64,000 nucleotides of DNA from Chloroflexota bacterium (GCA_036845725.1 DAIUDK010000001.1:22522-86521); one strand, 5' to 3'. Positions 18,639 through 27,565 are shown, counted from the first letter of the stretch. Program-made: numbers and translations. Notes: generated by a model from the letters alone, not told the origin.

Positions 18639-20573
18639 TTATATAACACTTTGCTGATGATGGCTACCGTGCAAATCGACCGGCAACACACTTTGGTCAT
18701 GATGTACCTCTTCTTCCATCACAACAATGATCTCGGCCAGGTTTTCAATCGCCACCCGCTGTTTTCGATACAGGTCCGACTCACTTACCGCCAGCCGCAT
18801 CGCCACCTCACGGACTTTGTGCCCACGTAGAAACTTCATTTCAAGTATATTGTATAGCAGCCATTCCGGTGCTGTCAACTTGCGTTCGCCATCTGGACGC
18901 AGGCGCTCGATAGCGTCGGCCAACACCACCCGCAGCCCTTTGACGACATTCCCATCGTAATCGGCGGCGGCCTGTTTGACGACTTCCAGGTCCAGCAGTG
19001 GGTTTTCAGTGAGACGCGGTCCACCCCAGTAGTGCGCGAGTGCATCGTGGACCCACTGCGGCAGCTCCGGCGACCGGGTCAGCGTGAAACCGCCTACCGC
19101 CTCGCCCGTGTATCGCAGGATACTCCCACGACGCTGGATGTCCGTCAATTCCGAGAGCAGCGGTGAGAACGCGCCGAACACCACCTGCTGCAGTCGCCGG
19201 TCTTCCAGCGCGGCGCTGGCCTGCAGGAGCAGATCATCCAACAGCACTCCCAGCTCTACCGGCAGCGGCAAACGAATTTCGGGCGACCGCAATCCGATGA
19301 GACCAAGCATGTCATTCCCGCTCTTGTCGTAAATGACAAGCACCCAATAGCCGTCCCAAAAGATGAAGCGGTCCTGCTTATGCGCGAAGGCGACCTCCGC
19401 CAGCGGAATTTGGGCGATATCCTCCGGCGAGAGCGACCAGTTACAGCGGACGTCCCAGTGCAATTCGCCATTGTCCAACGTCGCTAGGAAGCCGCCACCG
19501 CTGTGGAGGATTTCGCAGACCGCAGCCAGAACGTTCTCCAAAAACTGTCGCAGATCGGCAGTGGTCAACAGGCGTTGGCTCAGTTCCTGCACCCGCACCA
19601 CCTCTTCGCGCCCCTCACGGTAGAGGAGCAAGTCGATCACAGGTTTGGCTAGTTCCACGCCCAACTGCATCACAATCACGGTTGCGGCACAGACGATCAA
19701 TGAGAGCGTGTACTGGCGCAGGCCCAGCACCGGCTCCAACGTCAAGCCGATGCCAAACATCACCAAGGCGAGGCTCGCCGTCAACGGGCCGCGCAGAAGA
19801 AAGCGCACCATCCGGTGCTTGATCACTCGATCGGGTGTCAGCGCACCGATGAAAGCAACACTGTAGGCCATCAACACCAGCATCGCCGCGACAGCGACGT
19901 TCCCCACAATCAATAGGAGCCAGAACAAGGCTCCGGGAAGACGCGTCGGCCAGCCAATCAACAGCAGATAAGGGAACACACCCATGGCCGGAGCGACAAA
20001 ACTGACGAGCAAGTACGCCATGCGGCGCCGCGCCGCGTGGGTATAGCAGCGCCCGCGCGCGACCAGCATTTCCCGTAATCCCCACAACGCCACACCGGCA
20101 AAAGCGAAGGCGAAGGGATAAAAGAGCGGGCCAGGCAGCAAATGCTGCGCTCCGACTAAGATGGTGCTGGGCAGGAACATGCCATCGCGAACGACCAAAT
20201 CGGTGAAAAGGGCCAGCAGCGCCACAACAGCACTGATCAGGAAACCTGCCCAGCGCAACCAGCCGGGGAAGCGATCCTCCATAACCGAAAGACGGATCGC
20301 GCGAACAAACTCGATGTAGAACGGCGGTGTAAAGGCGATGCCCAGCCACTGCAACCGGAGCAGCGTCCCCGTCGGTACCAGAACCGCGTCACTGGGCGGG
20401 AGCAGATCAACCAGATAAACAATAATCACGCATCCCAGCAACCCCCCAAAAGTGCTCGAGACACGGCTCTGACGATTATAAAAGAAAAGATAGAGCGCAA
20501 GCGCGAAAGCGGTAGCCGCTACACCCGCCATCAACACATCGTTCGCTTTAATAAGGAAATGCAGCCAGTCCAT
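18639..20573 (-). CDS. Membrane sensor/regulator: N-terminal 7TM (HisKA_7TM-like) domain, central GAF-like region, C-terminal sigma-70 region-4-like HTH
   Basis: N-terminus MDWLHFLIKANDVLMAGVAATAFALALYLF... with about seven TM helices. The C-terminus ...TAPEWLLYNILEMKFLRGHKVREVAMRLAVSESDLYRKQRVAIENL resembles an HTH. Confidence 0.5.
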   Translation of the reverse strand: MDWLHFLIKANDVLMAGVAATAFALALYLFFYNRQSRVSSTFGGLLGCVIIVYLVDLLPPSDAVLVPTGTLLRLQWLGIAFTPPFYIEFVRAIRLSVMEDRFPGWLRWAGFLISAVVALLALFTDLVVRDGMFLPSTILVGAQHLLPGPLFYPFAFAFAGVALWGLREMLVARGRCYTHAARRRMAYLLVSFVAPAMGVFPYLLLIGWPTRLPGALFWLLLIVGNVAVAAMLVLMAYSVAFIGALTPDRVIKHRMVRFLLRGPLTASLALVMFGIGLTLEPVLGLRQYTLSLIVCAATVIVMQLGVELAKPVIDLLLYREGREEVVRVQELSQRLLTTADLRQFLENVLAAVCEILHSGGGFLATLDNGELHWDVRCNWSLSPEDIAQIPLAEVAFAHKQDRFIFWDGYWVLVIYDKSGNDMLGLIGLRSPEIRLPLPVELGVLLDDLLLQASAALEDRRLQQVVFGAFSPLLSELTDIQRRGSILRYTGEAVGGFTLTRSPELPQWVHDALAHYWGGPRLTENPLLDLEVVKQAAADYDGNVVKGLRVVLADAIERLRPDGERKLTAPEWLLYNILEMKFLRGHKVREVAMRLAVSESDLYRKQRVAIENLAEIIVVMEEEVHHDQSVLPVDLHGSHHQQSVI

Positions 20574-20575
20574 AA

Positions 20576-20598
20576 AAAGTTTAAAGTCTAAAGTCGAT
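20576..20598 (-). repeat. Tandem heptad array CGACTTT-AGACTTT-AAACTTT abutting the start codon of the 7TM sensor gene
   Basis: The minus strand reads gatatCGACTTTAGACTTTAAACTTTttATG. Confidence 0.45.
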
Positions 20599-20668
20599 AT
20601 CAGCAGTCAATTTGGGAGCAAACACGCCCCCCTGTCCCTTGCAGCCAACATTCTGCAACATACACGCT

Positions 20669-21199
20669 TTACCGTATGCGCTTGCGGAAGAAAATCCCCA
20701 CTTCCTGACCCGGCCAATACCCATCCTGATACCCGCAAAAGACGAACCGGTGTTTGAGCGCAAAAGTGATTGCCGGCTGCGCCTTAAGCGGACACTCGAA
20801 AATCAAATGCTCTACGTCTTTGCGTAAAGCCCACTCGATGGCATGGTTCAGCAAATCCGTAGCAACCCCACGTCGGCGAAAGGCCTCATCTACCACCAGA
20901 TCGTTGATACGCGCTTCAGCGCGCTCGGCTGCCACCGACAGCGCCATGTAACCAATCACTTTGCGCCCTTCGACAGCAACCCAAAAGATATCGCTGCGCA
21001 CCCAGCACCGCGCCCGTGCCTCCAGGGTAAGAAAAGAAATGATGCGTTGTTTGCGCGGCAAACGCACTTCACGGAAAAGCGCGCCCCACTCGCCATCGCC
21101 ACGCAGCCCTTCCATCTGCCACGCGGATTCGGTCTCATACGAGCCGTCGATTGCCAAACACGCTTTCCAATCGTCTTCACGAGCCACACGTATACGCAT
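20669..21199 (-). CDS. GNAT family N-acetyltransferase
   Basis: Acetyl-CoA binding motif DLVVDEAFRRRGVATDLL (Q/R-x-x-G-x-G/A). The start ATG at 21199 is preceded by AGGGGGA. Confidence 0.75.
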   Translation of the reverse strand: MRIRVAREDDWKACLAIDGSYETESAWQMEGLRGDGEWGALFREVRLPRKQRIISFLTLEARARCWVRSDIFWVAVEGRKVIGYMALSVAAERAEARINDLVVDEAFRRRGVATDLLNHAIEWALRKDVEHLIFECPLKAQPAITFALKHRFVFCGYQDGYWPGQEVGIFFRKRIR

Positions 21200-21265
21200 A
21201 ATTCCCCCTATATTTAGAACCTGAAGGCACAATATCGTACCCGGCGAGTTTTCGGATGGATTCTC

Positions 21266-21300
21266 AGTCAAAGTCGTTAGTCAATATCCAAAGTCACCCA
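21266..21300 (-). repeat. Heptad array GTGACTT TGGATAT TGACTAA CGACTTT GACTGAG, 70-100 nt upstream of the GNAT gene
   Basis: Same 7-nt GACT periodicity, seen on the minus strand. Confidence 0.35.
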
Positions 21301-21340
21301 CAGATAGCCCAAAAATCCAAAATCACAAATCTAACATCAT

Positions 21341-21372
21341 CGTCTACGGTGTGACGCGTCTACGGTGTGACG
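21341..21372. repeat. Perfect 16-bp tandem duplication (cgtctacggtgtgacg x2) spanning the stop codon of the 21360 membrane-protein gene
   Basis: Two identical adjacent copies. The second copy overlaps the last four codons and the stop. Confidence 0.6.
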
Positions 21373-22154
21373 ATGTTGAGCGGGATGATACACATAAGCG
21401 TGTTGCCGTAGATGTCCACGACGACCAACTGGAAGCGGTACGGTCCGCCCGGAGGATAACGGCTGGGGTCCGAGACGTCCCACGTCCCTAAAATTCCATT
21501 CGTCACCGGCGCGTCGTATTGCGAGACAAAGTTGGGCGTGTCCGATCCCGGGAACTGCACCTCGAACTTGTAATACGAAAAGGCGTTGACGTTGGCCGTG
21601 CCCACCACCTGCACTTCCCCCGCCACGTTGCTCCCAGCGGTAGGCAATGTCAACTGCGCTTCGGCCGACGGGCAATCGGGCTGATAGACGTCAGGTGGAA
21701 CCGGCGTGTCCGTGGGTACTACAACGTCCGTCGGCGTCGGCTGCGTCGCGGGGATCACCACCGTGGTGAGCATCTCCGTGGCGGTCAGGGTCGAACCGGG
21801 CATTCCGACACCCGGGGTTTCAACACCCGGCGTCCCCAGTGGTCTGAGCGGTGTAGGTGTGAGGGTGAACAGCCCCACCCCCAACGTAGGCACCGGCGTC
21901 GACGTCACCGGCAGAGCAGGCAGCATGTAAGCGCGCAGCAGGAACACAGCCGAGCCAAGCCCGAGGAACAATACCGCCGTCATCCAGGCGCGGATCATCC
22001 GCTGCTGGTAAACCTCGCGCTCCAACGAGAACTGCGCGACGTCACGTCGGCGTTTGGTGGAGATGGCGGTGACGACGTAGCCAAGCGCACCCAACAGGCA
22101 GATCACGCCAATCCACAGGGCCTGCCGCCCTAGCCAGGAAAGTACAATCGTCAT
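21360..22154 (-). CDS. Membrane-anchored hypothetical protein with a Pro/Thr-rich linker and C-terminal beta domain
   Basis: Two N-terminal TM segments, a PT-rich spacer and a C-terminal domain ...FSYYKFEVQFPGSDTPNF... The start overlaps the PNP stop (ATGA). Confidence 0.5.
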   Translation of the reverse strand: MTIVLSWLGRQALWIGVICLLGALGYVVTAISTKRRRDVAQFSLEREVYQQRMIRAWMTAVLFLGLGSAVFLLRAYMLPALPVTSTPVPTLGVGLFTLTPTPLRPLGTPGVETPGVGMPGSTLTATEMLTTVVIPATQPTPTDVVVPTDTPVPPDVYQPDCPSAEAQLTLPTAGSNVAGEVQVVGTANVNAFSYYKFEVQFPGSDTPNFVSQYDAPVTNGILGTWDVSDPSRYPPGGPYRFQLVVVDIYGNTLMCIIPLNIVTP

Positions 22155-22990
22155 AGACGGCGCAGCACTCCCCGGATGATCGTCTCCAAACGGGGCGTCA
22201 GCACACGCCCGGCTTCCAATACCTCTTCGTGATTGGGTGACGGCGCGCCCTCCTCACCCACCAGGGTGTTGCTGATTCCTGAGAGTCCCAACACGCGCAT
22301 CCCGCTGTGCCGGGCCGCGATCACTTCCGGCACAGTGGACATCCCTACAGCATCCGCACCGATAAGGCGCAGGAAACGTACATCGGCAGGCGTCTCGAAG
22401 CTTGGTCCCGCCAGGCACATGTAGATACCGAGATGTGCCGGAATGGCAGCTTCCAAGGCGATCTCCTGAGCCAGCCGGCGCAACGCGGGCTCGTAGGCGT
22501 CGTTCATACTGGGGAAGCGGGGGCCGAACTCGGCCAGATTCGGGCCGCGCAGGGGATTCAGACCGGCCATGCCGATCAGGTTGATATGATCGCGGATAAT
22601 CATCACGTCACCGGCGCGGAAGGTCATGTTCAACCCACCCGCGGCGTTGGTCACGACGAGCATTTCGCAGCCGAGAAGGCGCATCACGCGGACCGGCAGC
22701 CCGACCCGCCCCATGCTGTAGCCCTCGTAGTAATGCGCGCGCCCTTGCATCACTACCAGTGGGACGCCCTCCAGCATACCGAAAATCAAACGCCCGGAGT
22801 GACCCTCCACGGTGGAGACGGGGAAATGCGGAATATCCGCGAAAGGAATCGATGTCGCGCCCTCCACCGACTCGGCCAAGGCGTTGAGGCCCGAGCCGAG
22901 GATCAATCCCACGCGCGGCTGCACATCGGTATGGCGGCGAATCGCCGTCACCGCCGCATTGAACTCGTGCATTGTAAAGAATTCTTCCAT
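22151..22990 (-). CDS. punA: Purine nucleoside phosphorylase (PNP/MTAP family, trimeric type)
   Basis: ...LILGSGLN...FPVSTVEGHSGRLIFG...VVTNAAGGLN...GMSTVPEVIAARHSGMRVLGLS... match the PNP-I family. Perfect SD AGGAGG 6 nt upstream of the ATG at 22990. Confidence 0.85.
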   Translation of the reverse strand: MEEFFTMHEFNAAVTAIRRHTDVQPRVGLILGSGLNALAESVEGATSIPFADIPHFPVSTVEGHSGRLIFGMLEGVPLVVMQGRAHYYEGYSMGRVGLPVRVMRLLGCEMLVVTNAAGGLNMTFRAGDVMIIRDHINLIGMAGLNPLRGPNLAEFGPRFPSMNDAYEPALRRLAQEIALEAAIPAHLGIYMCLAGPSFETPADVRFLRLIGADAVGMSTVPEVIAARHSGMRVLGLSGISNTLVGEEGAPSPNHEEVLEAGRVLTPRLETIIRGVLRRL

Positions 22991-23002
22991 CGAAAACCTC
23001 CT

Positions 23003-23037
23003 GATCGTCACCAGTCGTTGGCCGTCAGTCGTTAGTC
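23003..23037 (-). repeat. Five-unit 7-nt periodic GAC array (GACTAAC GACTGAC GGCCAAC GACTGGT GACGATC) immediately 5' of the PNP Shine-Dalgarno
   Basis: The minus strand reads ...GACTAACGACTGACGGCCAACGACTGGTGACGATC-AGGAGGT-tttcg-ATG. Confidence 0.45.
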
Positions 23038-23050
23038 GCGCTGACGCGGG

Positions 23051-23962
23051 TTATGATTCTTCGGCATCCAGATGAGCGCGCGGGTGAGCGCGGTCGTAGG
23101 CCTCGCGCTTGCGCTGGCTCGAAATTTCTGTGTAAATCTGCGTCGTAGTGATGTTGGCGTGTCCCAAAAACTGTTGGACCTCACGCAAATCAGCTCCACC
23201 ATCCAACAAATGCGTGGCGAACGTATGGCGCAGCGTGTGCGGCGTCACCGGCGCTTCCAGACCTGCCGCCTGAGCGTAATACTGCACCAGAAACCAGAGA
23301 CCCTGCCGGGTCAAGGCGTCACCCACTTTGTTGAGAAACAGCGTCTTTTCGGCAGTCTCGCGCAGCAGGAAGGGGCGGCCTTCTTCAATATAACGTCGCA
23401 CGCAATCTCGCGCTGCCGGATAAAGAGGAATCTGGCGCTCCTTGCTGCCCTTGCCCATGCACAGCACGATATTATCTGCCAGGTCTACATCTCCCACGCG
23501 GAGATTGAGCACCTCGCTCGCCCGCATCCCCGTAGCATACAACATCTCCAACAGTGCGCGATCCCGCAATGCCAGCGGTGTCTCCTCGACCGAAGCTGCA
23601 TCCAACAATCGCTGCACTGCTTCGCGGGAAAGGGTATGCGGCAAGCGCTTGCCCAGCTTCGGTTGATGCACCCAATCGGCCAACTCGTTCGCAATCACTC
23701 CCTCAGCAAAGAGAAAATGCAAAAACGAGCGCATCGCCGCGACCTTTCGGCCCACCGTCGCCGTGCTATACCCCTGATCCTGAAGCGAGGTCACAAAGCT
23801 TTCAAGTACATCAGCCCTGAGCGCGCTCCACTGCGTCAGCCCAAAGGCTTGCACAAATTCCCGGAACTGCATCAAATCCCGCTCATAAGCAACCAGCGTG
23901 TTGGCAGCATACCCACGCTCGAACCTCACGTACTGCAAGAAACGGTGTAAATCGGTATCCAT
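23051..23962 (-). CDS. xerC: Tyrosine recombinase XerC/XerD
   Basis: ...R...HTLRHTFATHLLDGGADLREVQQFLGHANITTTQIYTEI contains the R-H-R-Y catalytic residues. The start ATG at 23962 is deduced from homology (MDTDLHRFLQYV...). Confidence 0.85.
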   Translation of the reverse strand: MDTDLHRFLQYVRFERGYAANTLVAYERDLMQFREFVQAFGLTQWSALRADVLESFVTSLQDQGYSTATVGRKVAAMRSFLHFLFAEGVIANELADWVHQPKLGKRLPHTLSREAVQRLLDAASVEETPLALRDRALLEMLYATGMRASEVLNLRVGDVDLADNIVLCMGKGSKERQIPLYPAARDCVRRYIEEGRPFLLRETAEKTLFLNKVGDALTRQGLWFLVQYYAQAAGLEAPVTPHTLRHTFATHLLDGGADLREVQQFLGHANITTTQIYTEISSQRKREAYDRAHPRAHLDAEES

Positions 23963-23979
23963 GTCTGAAACATTATACT

Positions 23980-25137
23980 TTAACGCCTCAAATCCCACAA
24001 ATGACGGGCGATTTCTGTGGTGGCGTGCGGGCGCGCCAACGCCTGCGAGCACGCCGCCATCGCCGCGCGCTGCTCCGGATGCGTGAGCAAATCCATCACT
24101 GCATCCGCTGCGGCCTGAGGTTTGGGCGTCCACACCCCGGCGTGATTTTCGACGACGTGGAGGATATTGCCCTCTTCCTGGCCCGGAATCGCGGCATACA
24201 GCACCAACGGCAGCCCAGCGATGAAGGCCTCCGACAGTGTGTTGGGGCCGGCCTTGGTGACGAGCACATCCACCGCGCGCATCCACACAGCGATATTGGT
24301 GATAAACCCTTCCACCCGCAACGGAACAGGGACATCCAACACGCGCAGCGCGTTATAGAGCATCTGATTGCGCCCGGCGATGACCACCAAGTGCGCGTCC
24401 GGTTTGCGCTCGGCAATCGCCCGCACGACAGGAACCAATGGCCCCATCCCCTCGCCGCCGCCGATCATCAGGACGATTGGGCGATCCTGTGGCAGCCCCA
24501 AAAGATCGCGGGCCTCGCTCTGGGGCATGGCGCGGACTTCGACGAAGGCACGGCGGGTGGGCATCCCGATCACATGGATGCGCTTTGGCGTTACCCCGGC
24601 ACGCAAAGCCCGCTGCCGGGCCGCCTCTGTAGGAACGATGTACATGTGCGCCCCCGGCGTGAACCATCCCGCGTGAACGCTTACCAAATCCAGCGTCACG
24701 ATGGCGAACGGGCTACGCAGCGCCAGCTTGCGCCGCGCGAACAACAGCGCCGCATTCGGCACCCCGTGAAAGGAGACCATCACATCGGCGGGGTGCTGTC
24801 CCAACAGGTGACAAAGAGACGGTCCGGCGTAAGGCCACGCCGCACCTGAGAGCAGCTTCACCATTGGCATCGTATCAGAGAGATGATAGCCTACGTACCA
24901 TGGGATCCCGTTCATCCCCACGGCGACCGGATACAACTTCGGGAACCTATCGAACGGCCAGCGCCGCATCTCAACGAAGACGTCCACCATCTCGACGATG
25001 GCAGCATCGCCGTACAGACGCGCCATTTCATCTTTGACCGCCTGTGCGGAGGCGCGATGTCCGCCGCCGGTATCGGAGAAGAGGAAGAGAAAGCGCGTGG
25101 GAGAAACAGCAGATCGCGATGAACGCGCCAGGCTCAT
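23980..25137 (-). CDS. GT28-family glycosyltransferase (monoglycosyl-diacylglycerol synthase / MGDG-synthase-like, UgtP/YpfP-type)
   Basis: N-terminus FLFSDTGGGHRASAQAV. C-terminal GT-B half ...LVTKAGPNTLSEAFIAGLPLVLYAAIPGQEEGN. SD GGAGGGGGA. Confidence 0.75.
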   Translation of the reverse strand: MSLARSSRSAVSPTRFLFLFSDTGGGHRASAQAVKDEMARLYGDAAIVEMVDVFVEMRRWPFDRFPKLYPVAVGMNGIPWYVGYHLSDTMPMVKLLSGAAWPYAGPSLCHLLGQHPADVMVSFHGVPNAALLFARRKLALRSPFAIVTLDLVSVHAGWFTPGAHMYIVPTEAARQRALRAGVTPKRIHVIGMPTRRAFVEVRAMPQSEARDLLGLPQDRPIVLMIGGGEGMGPLVPVVRAIAERKPDAHLVVIAGRNQMLYNALRVLDVPVPLRVEGFITNIAVWMRAVDVLVTKAGPNTLSEAFIAGLPLVLYAAIPGQEEGNILHVVENHAGVWTPKPQAAADAVMDLLTHPEQRAAMAACSQALARPHATTEIARHLWDLRR

Positions 25138-25364
25138 GATTCCCCCTCCGGCGTGCCGGAGACCCGTTCGACAAAACGCTTAACGCGCGCCTCAAAGCGG
25201 CTGCGAGGCACCATCACGTAGCGGCCACACGTCAAACACTCCATGCCAACATCCACGCCGACCCGCATAATGCGCCAGGTGTAGCCGCCACACGGATGAC
25301 TTTTGCGCAGTTCAACCACGTCACCCACATTCAAAGACAAAGGCGTTTTACCCGCCATAACCAT
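25134..25364 (-). CDS. DUF951-family small protein
   Basis: ...VGDVVELRKSHPCGGYTWRIMRVGVDVGMECLTCGRYVMVPRSRFEARVKR matches the conserved DUF951 core. Confidence 0.65.
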   Translation of the reverse strand: MVMAGKTPLSLNVGDVVELRKSHPCGGYTWRIMRVGVDVGMECLTCGRYVMVPRSRFEARVKRFVERVSGTPEGES

Positions 25365-25382
25365 CTCGCCTTTGAAACCACT

Positions 25383-26009
25383 TCACAATGTCACATGCCG
25401 TTGCTGGACACGGCAGTGTTCGGCGGAGATAATGTGCAAAACCTGATCTACCGTCTCATCCAGCTCGGACTCGTGGTTGATGACCACGTAATCGAACTCG
25501 CCGACGCGTCGCATTTCCTCACGCGCCAGTCCCATACGGTAATGCAACTGCTCTTCGGACTCGGTCCGACGGCGTTGGAGGCGCTCGTACAGCTCATCTT
25601 CCGAAGCCGCGGTCAAAAAAACGAGAATTGCCTCCGGAGCCATCCGCTTGACCGTCGCCGCACCCTGCACATCCAGACGCATAATCACATCCTTGCCGCT
25701 GTTCAACGCGTCACGCACCTGCTGCTTGGGAATGCCCTTGTACTGCCCGTAAACCATCGCGTGTTCCAGGAGTTCATCCTGCCTGATCATCTCCTGGAAC
25801 TCAGCCTCGGAAACGAAGAAATAATCCACGCCGTGCACCTCGTCGGGACGCGGCGGGCGCGACGTCGCCGTGACTACAAAATGGAACGAAGATTGGCGGC
25901 GCTGCATTTGCATAACGACGCTGTCTTTCCCCACCCCTGAAGGCCCGGAAATGACGATCAACAGCGGGTAATGCGGGCGTTGGTACAAATCGGTCGCGTT
26001 TTCCCCCAT
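25383..26009 (-). CDS. gmk: Guanylate kinase
   Basis: P-loop SGPSGVGKDS, plus a TTR...E...Y and a D/EY...VN motif. RBS GGAGGGAG. Confidence 0.9.
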   Translation of the reverse strand: MGENATDLYQRPHYPLLIVISGPSGVGKDSVVMQMQRRQSSFHFVVTATSRPPRPDEVHGVDYFFVSEAEFQEMIRQDELLEHAMVYGQYKGIPKQQVRDALNSGKDVIMRLDVQGAATVKRMAPEAILVFLTAASEDELYERLQRRRTESEEQLHYRMGLAREEMRRVGEFDYVVINHESELDETVDQVLHIISAEHCRVQQRHVTL

Positions 26010-26013
26010 AAAA

Positions 26014-26042
26014 CTTGCTCTCCCTCCATATTTTCGGTATAA
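26014..26042 (+). promoter_or_regulatory. Candidate sigma-70-type promoter for the FmdB-like gene
   Basis: The -35 is TTGCTC, followed by a 17-nt spacer and a perfect -10 TATAAT. This is about 40 nt upstream of the 26084 start. Confidence 0.45.
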
Positions 26043-26083
26043 TACCTCACTACACTATACCACAGTTGCTAAAGGAGAGAAAG

Positions 26084-26494
26084 ATGCCGATTTACGAATA
26101 CCGCTGCCAGAAGTGCCGCCGCCGGTTCTCGGTATTTTGGCGCTCTTTTTCCGCCATCGACGAGAGCACGGTGACGTGCAAGTACTGCCACGGCGCAGAA
26201 GTGCGCCGCCTGGTCTCGCGCGTGCGCGTCGTGCGCTCAGAAGACAGCCGGATGGAAGATATGGCCGATCCGAGCGCCTGGGGTGACTTCGACGAGAACG
26301 ACCCCAAGAGCATGGGGCGCTTCATGCGCAAAATGGTCAACGAGATGGGCGACGAAGCTGGGGACCTCGGTTCGGAATTCGACGAGGTCATTGATCGCTT
26401 AGAGGCCGGACAGGACCCGGAGCAGATCGAAAAAGAGATTCCCGATCTGGCCGGAGATGCCGGACCGATGGGCGGGGACATGGACTTCGGTTAA
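26084..26494 (+). CDS. FmdB-family zinc-ribbon regulatory protein with a long acidic C-terminal tail
   Basis: MPIYEYRCQKCRRRFSV...CKYCHG matches the CxxC-x-CxxC FmdB signature. RBS AAAGGAGAGAAAG. Confidence 0.7.
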   Translation: MPIYEYRCQKCRRRFSVFWRSFSAIDESTVTCKYCHGAEVRRLVSRVRVVRSEDSRMEDMADPSAWGDFDENDPKSMGRFMRKMVNEMGDEAGDLGSEFDEVIDRLEAGQDPEQIEKEIPDLAGDAGPMGGDMDFG

Positions 26495-26500
26495 AAACTT

Positions 26501-26697
26501 AACCACGAATCCCCACGAATATTCACCAATTTTCTCCGTCTGTGCAGATTTGTGATAGTCAAAAGTTCATGAATTGTACACGGATTTGATGGATTTTTGG
26601 ATTTTTAAGGAAAAAATCCGCATTTTGCAGTGTGCATCCGTGTACCAGAACGGCAAAATGATCTCGATTAGTACACTATTCGTGTAGACTCGTGGTT
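26501..26697. repeat. MITE/REP-like intergenic element with 20-bp imperfect terminal inverted repeats (AACCACGAATCCCCACGAAT ... ATTCGTGTAGACTCGTGGTT) and nested internal palindromes
   Basis: About 197 bp with no coding capacity. Nested inverted repeats are gtacacggat/atccgtgtac (26576-85 and 26636-45) and ggattttt/aaaaatcc (26599-26619). A tandem ggattttt repeat is present. Confidence 0.45.
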
Positions 26698-26714
26698 TCT
26701 TTCTAGGAGGGCGT

Positions 26715-27533
26715 ATGAACGGACAGGACACTTCGCTAAAAGGGCGTTGGGCGTTGATTTTGGGCGCCTCGAGCGGATTCGGGGCGGCGACGGCGCGGGC
26801 GGTGGCGCAGGCCGGGATGCACGTCTTTGGCGTCCACCTGGACCCCCGCCGTAGCATCGACCAGGCCGAGGCCGTCATCGCCGACGTGGAAGCCGCCGGC
26901 AGCCGAGCCGTCTTCTTCAACACGAACGCCGCCGATGCGCGCCGACGTGCGCGCGTCATCGAGGCCATCGCCGCGACGTTGCGGGACGCCGAACACACCA
27001 CAATCCACCTGATGGTCCACACCCTGGCCTTCGGTAGCCTGCGCCCGTACATCACCGAGTCGCCGGAGAACGCGACCAGCGAGGAACAGATGGATATGAC
27101 GCTGCGCGTCATGGCACACAGCCTCGTCTACTGGACGCAGGACTTGGTGCAGGCGAACCTGTTGGGAGCGGGAAGCCGTATCTATTCGATGAGCAGTATG
27201 GGAGCGCAGCGGGCCGCGCCACACTACGGGGCCGTCTCGGCGGCCAAAGCTGCCCTGGAAGCGCACACGCGCCAGTTGGCGCTCGAACTGGCCCCGCGCG
27301 GCGTCGCCGTCAACTGCCTGATGCCCGGCGTCACCGACACGCCTGCGCTGCGCGCCATCCCCGGTCATGAAAAGATCATCGAGACCGTGCTGACCCATCA
27401 TCCGGCGCGCCGGTTGACCACACCGGAAGACGTGGCGCAAGTGCTCGTGGCGCTGTCCGATCCGCGCGTCACATGGATCTCGGGGACGTCGATTCCGGTC
27501 GATGGCGGGGAGGCGGCAATCAGCATTGCCTGA
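26715..27533 (+). CDS. SDR-family oxidoreductase (FabL/FabI-like enoyl-ACP reductase type)
   Basis: Cofactor motif ILGASSGFGAATARA; catalytic Y-x3-K in YGAVSAAKAALE. RBS AGGAGGG. Confidence 0.8.
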   Translation: MNGQDTSLKGRWALILGASSGFGAATARAVAQAGMHVFGVHLDPRRSIDQAEAVIADVEAAGSRAVFFNTNAADARRRARVIEAIAATLRDAEHTTIHLMVHTLAFGSLRPYITESPENATSEEQMDMTLRVMAHSLVYWTQDLVQANLLGAGSRIYSMSSMGAQRAAPHYGAVSAAKAALEAHTRQLALELAPRGVAVNCLMPGVTDTPALRAIPGHEKIIETVLTHHPARRLTTPEDVAQVLVALSDPRVTWISGTSIPVDGGEAAISIA

Positions 27534-27537
27534 AAGT

Positions 27538-27565
27538 TTGACATTATGCCTTGGTATGATAGAAT
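27538..27565 (+). promoter_or_regulatory. Candidate promoter for the S1-like (rpsA) gene
   Basis: Perfect -35 TTGACA, a 16-nt spacer, then -10 TAGAAT. This is about 70 nt upstream of the start. Confidence 0.4.

Noticed and set aside
20576-20598. Tandem heptad repeats considered as a CRISPR-like or minisatellite array
   Set aside because: The units are only 7 nt, imperfect, and 3-5 copies, with no spacers. Their position at start codons points to a cis-regulatory role, not CRISPR.
23051-25137. Possibility that xerC marks an integrated mobile element or prophage boundary
   Set aside because: The recombinase is a full-length XerC/XerD-type enzyme embedded in a housekeeping operon (gmk-DUF951-GT28-xerC-PNP). 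No flanking direct repeats, tRNA gene, phage genes or transposase were seen.
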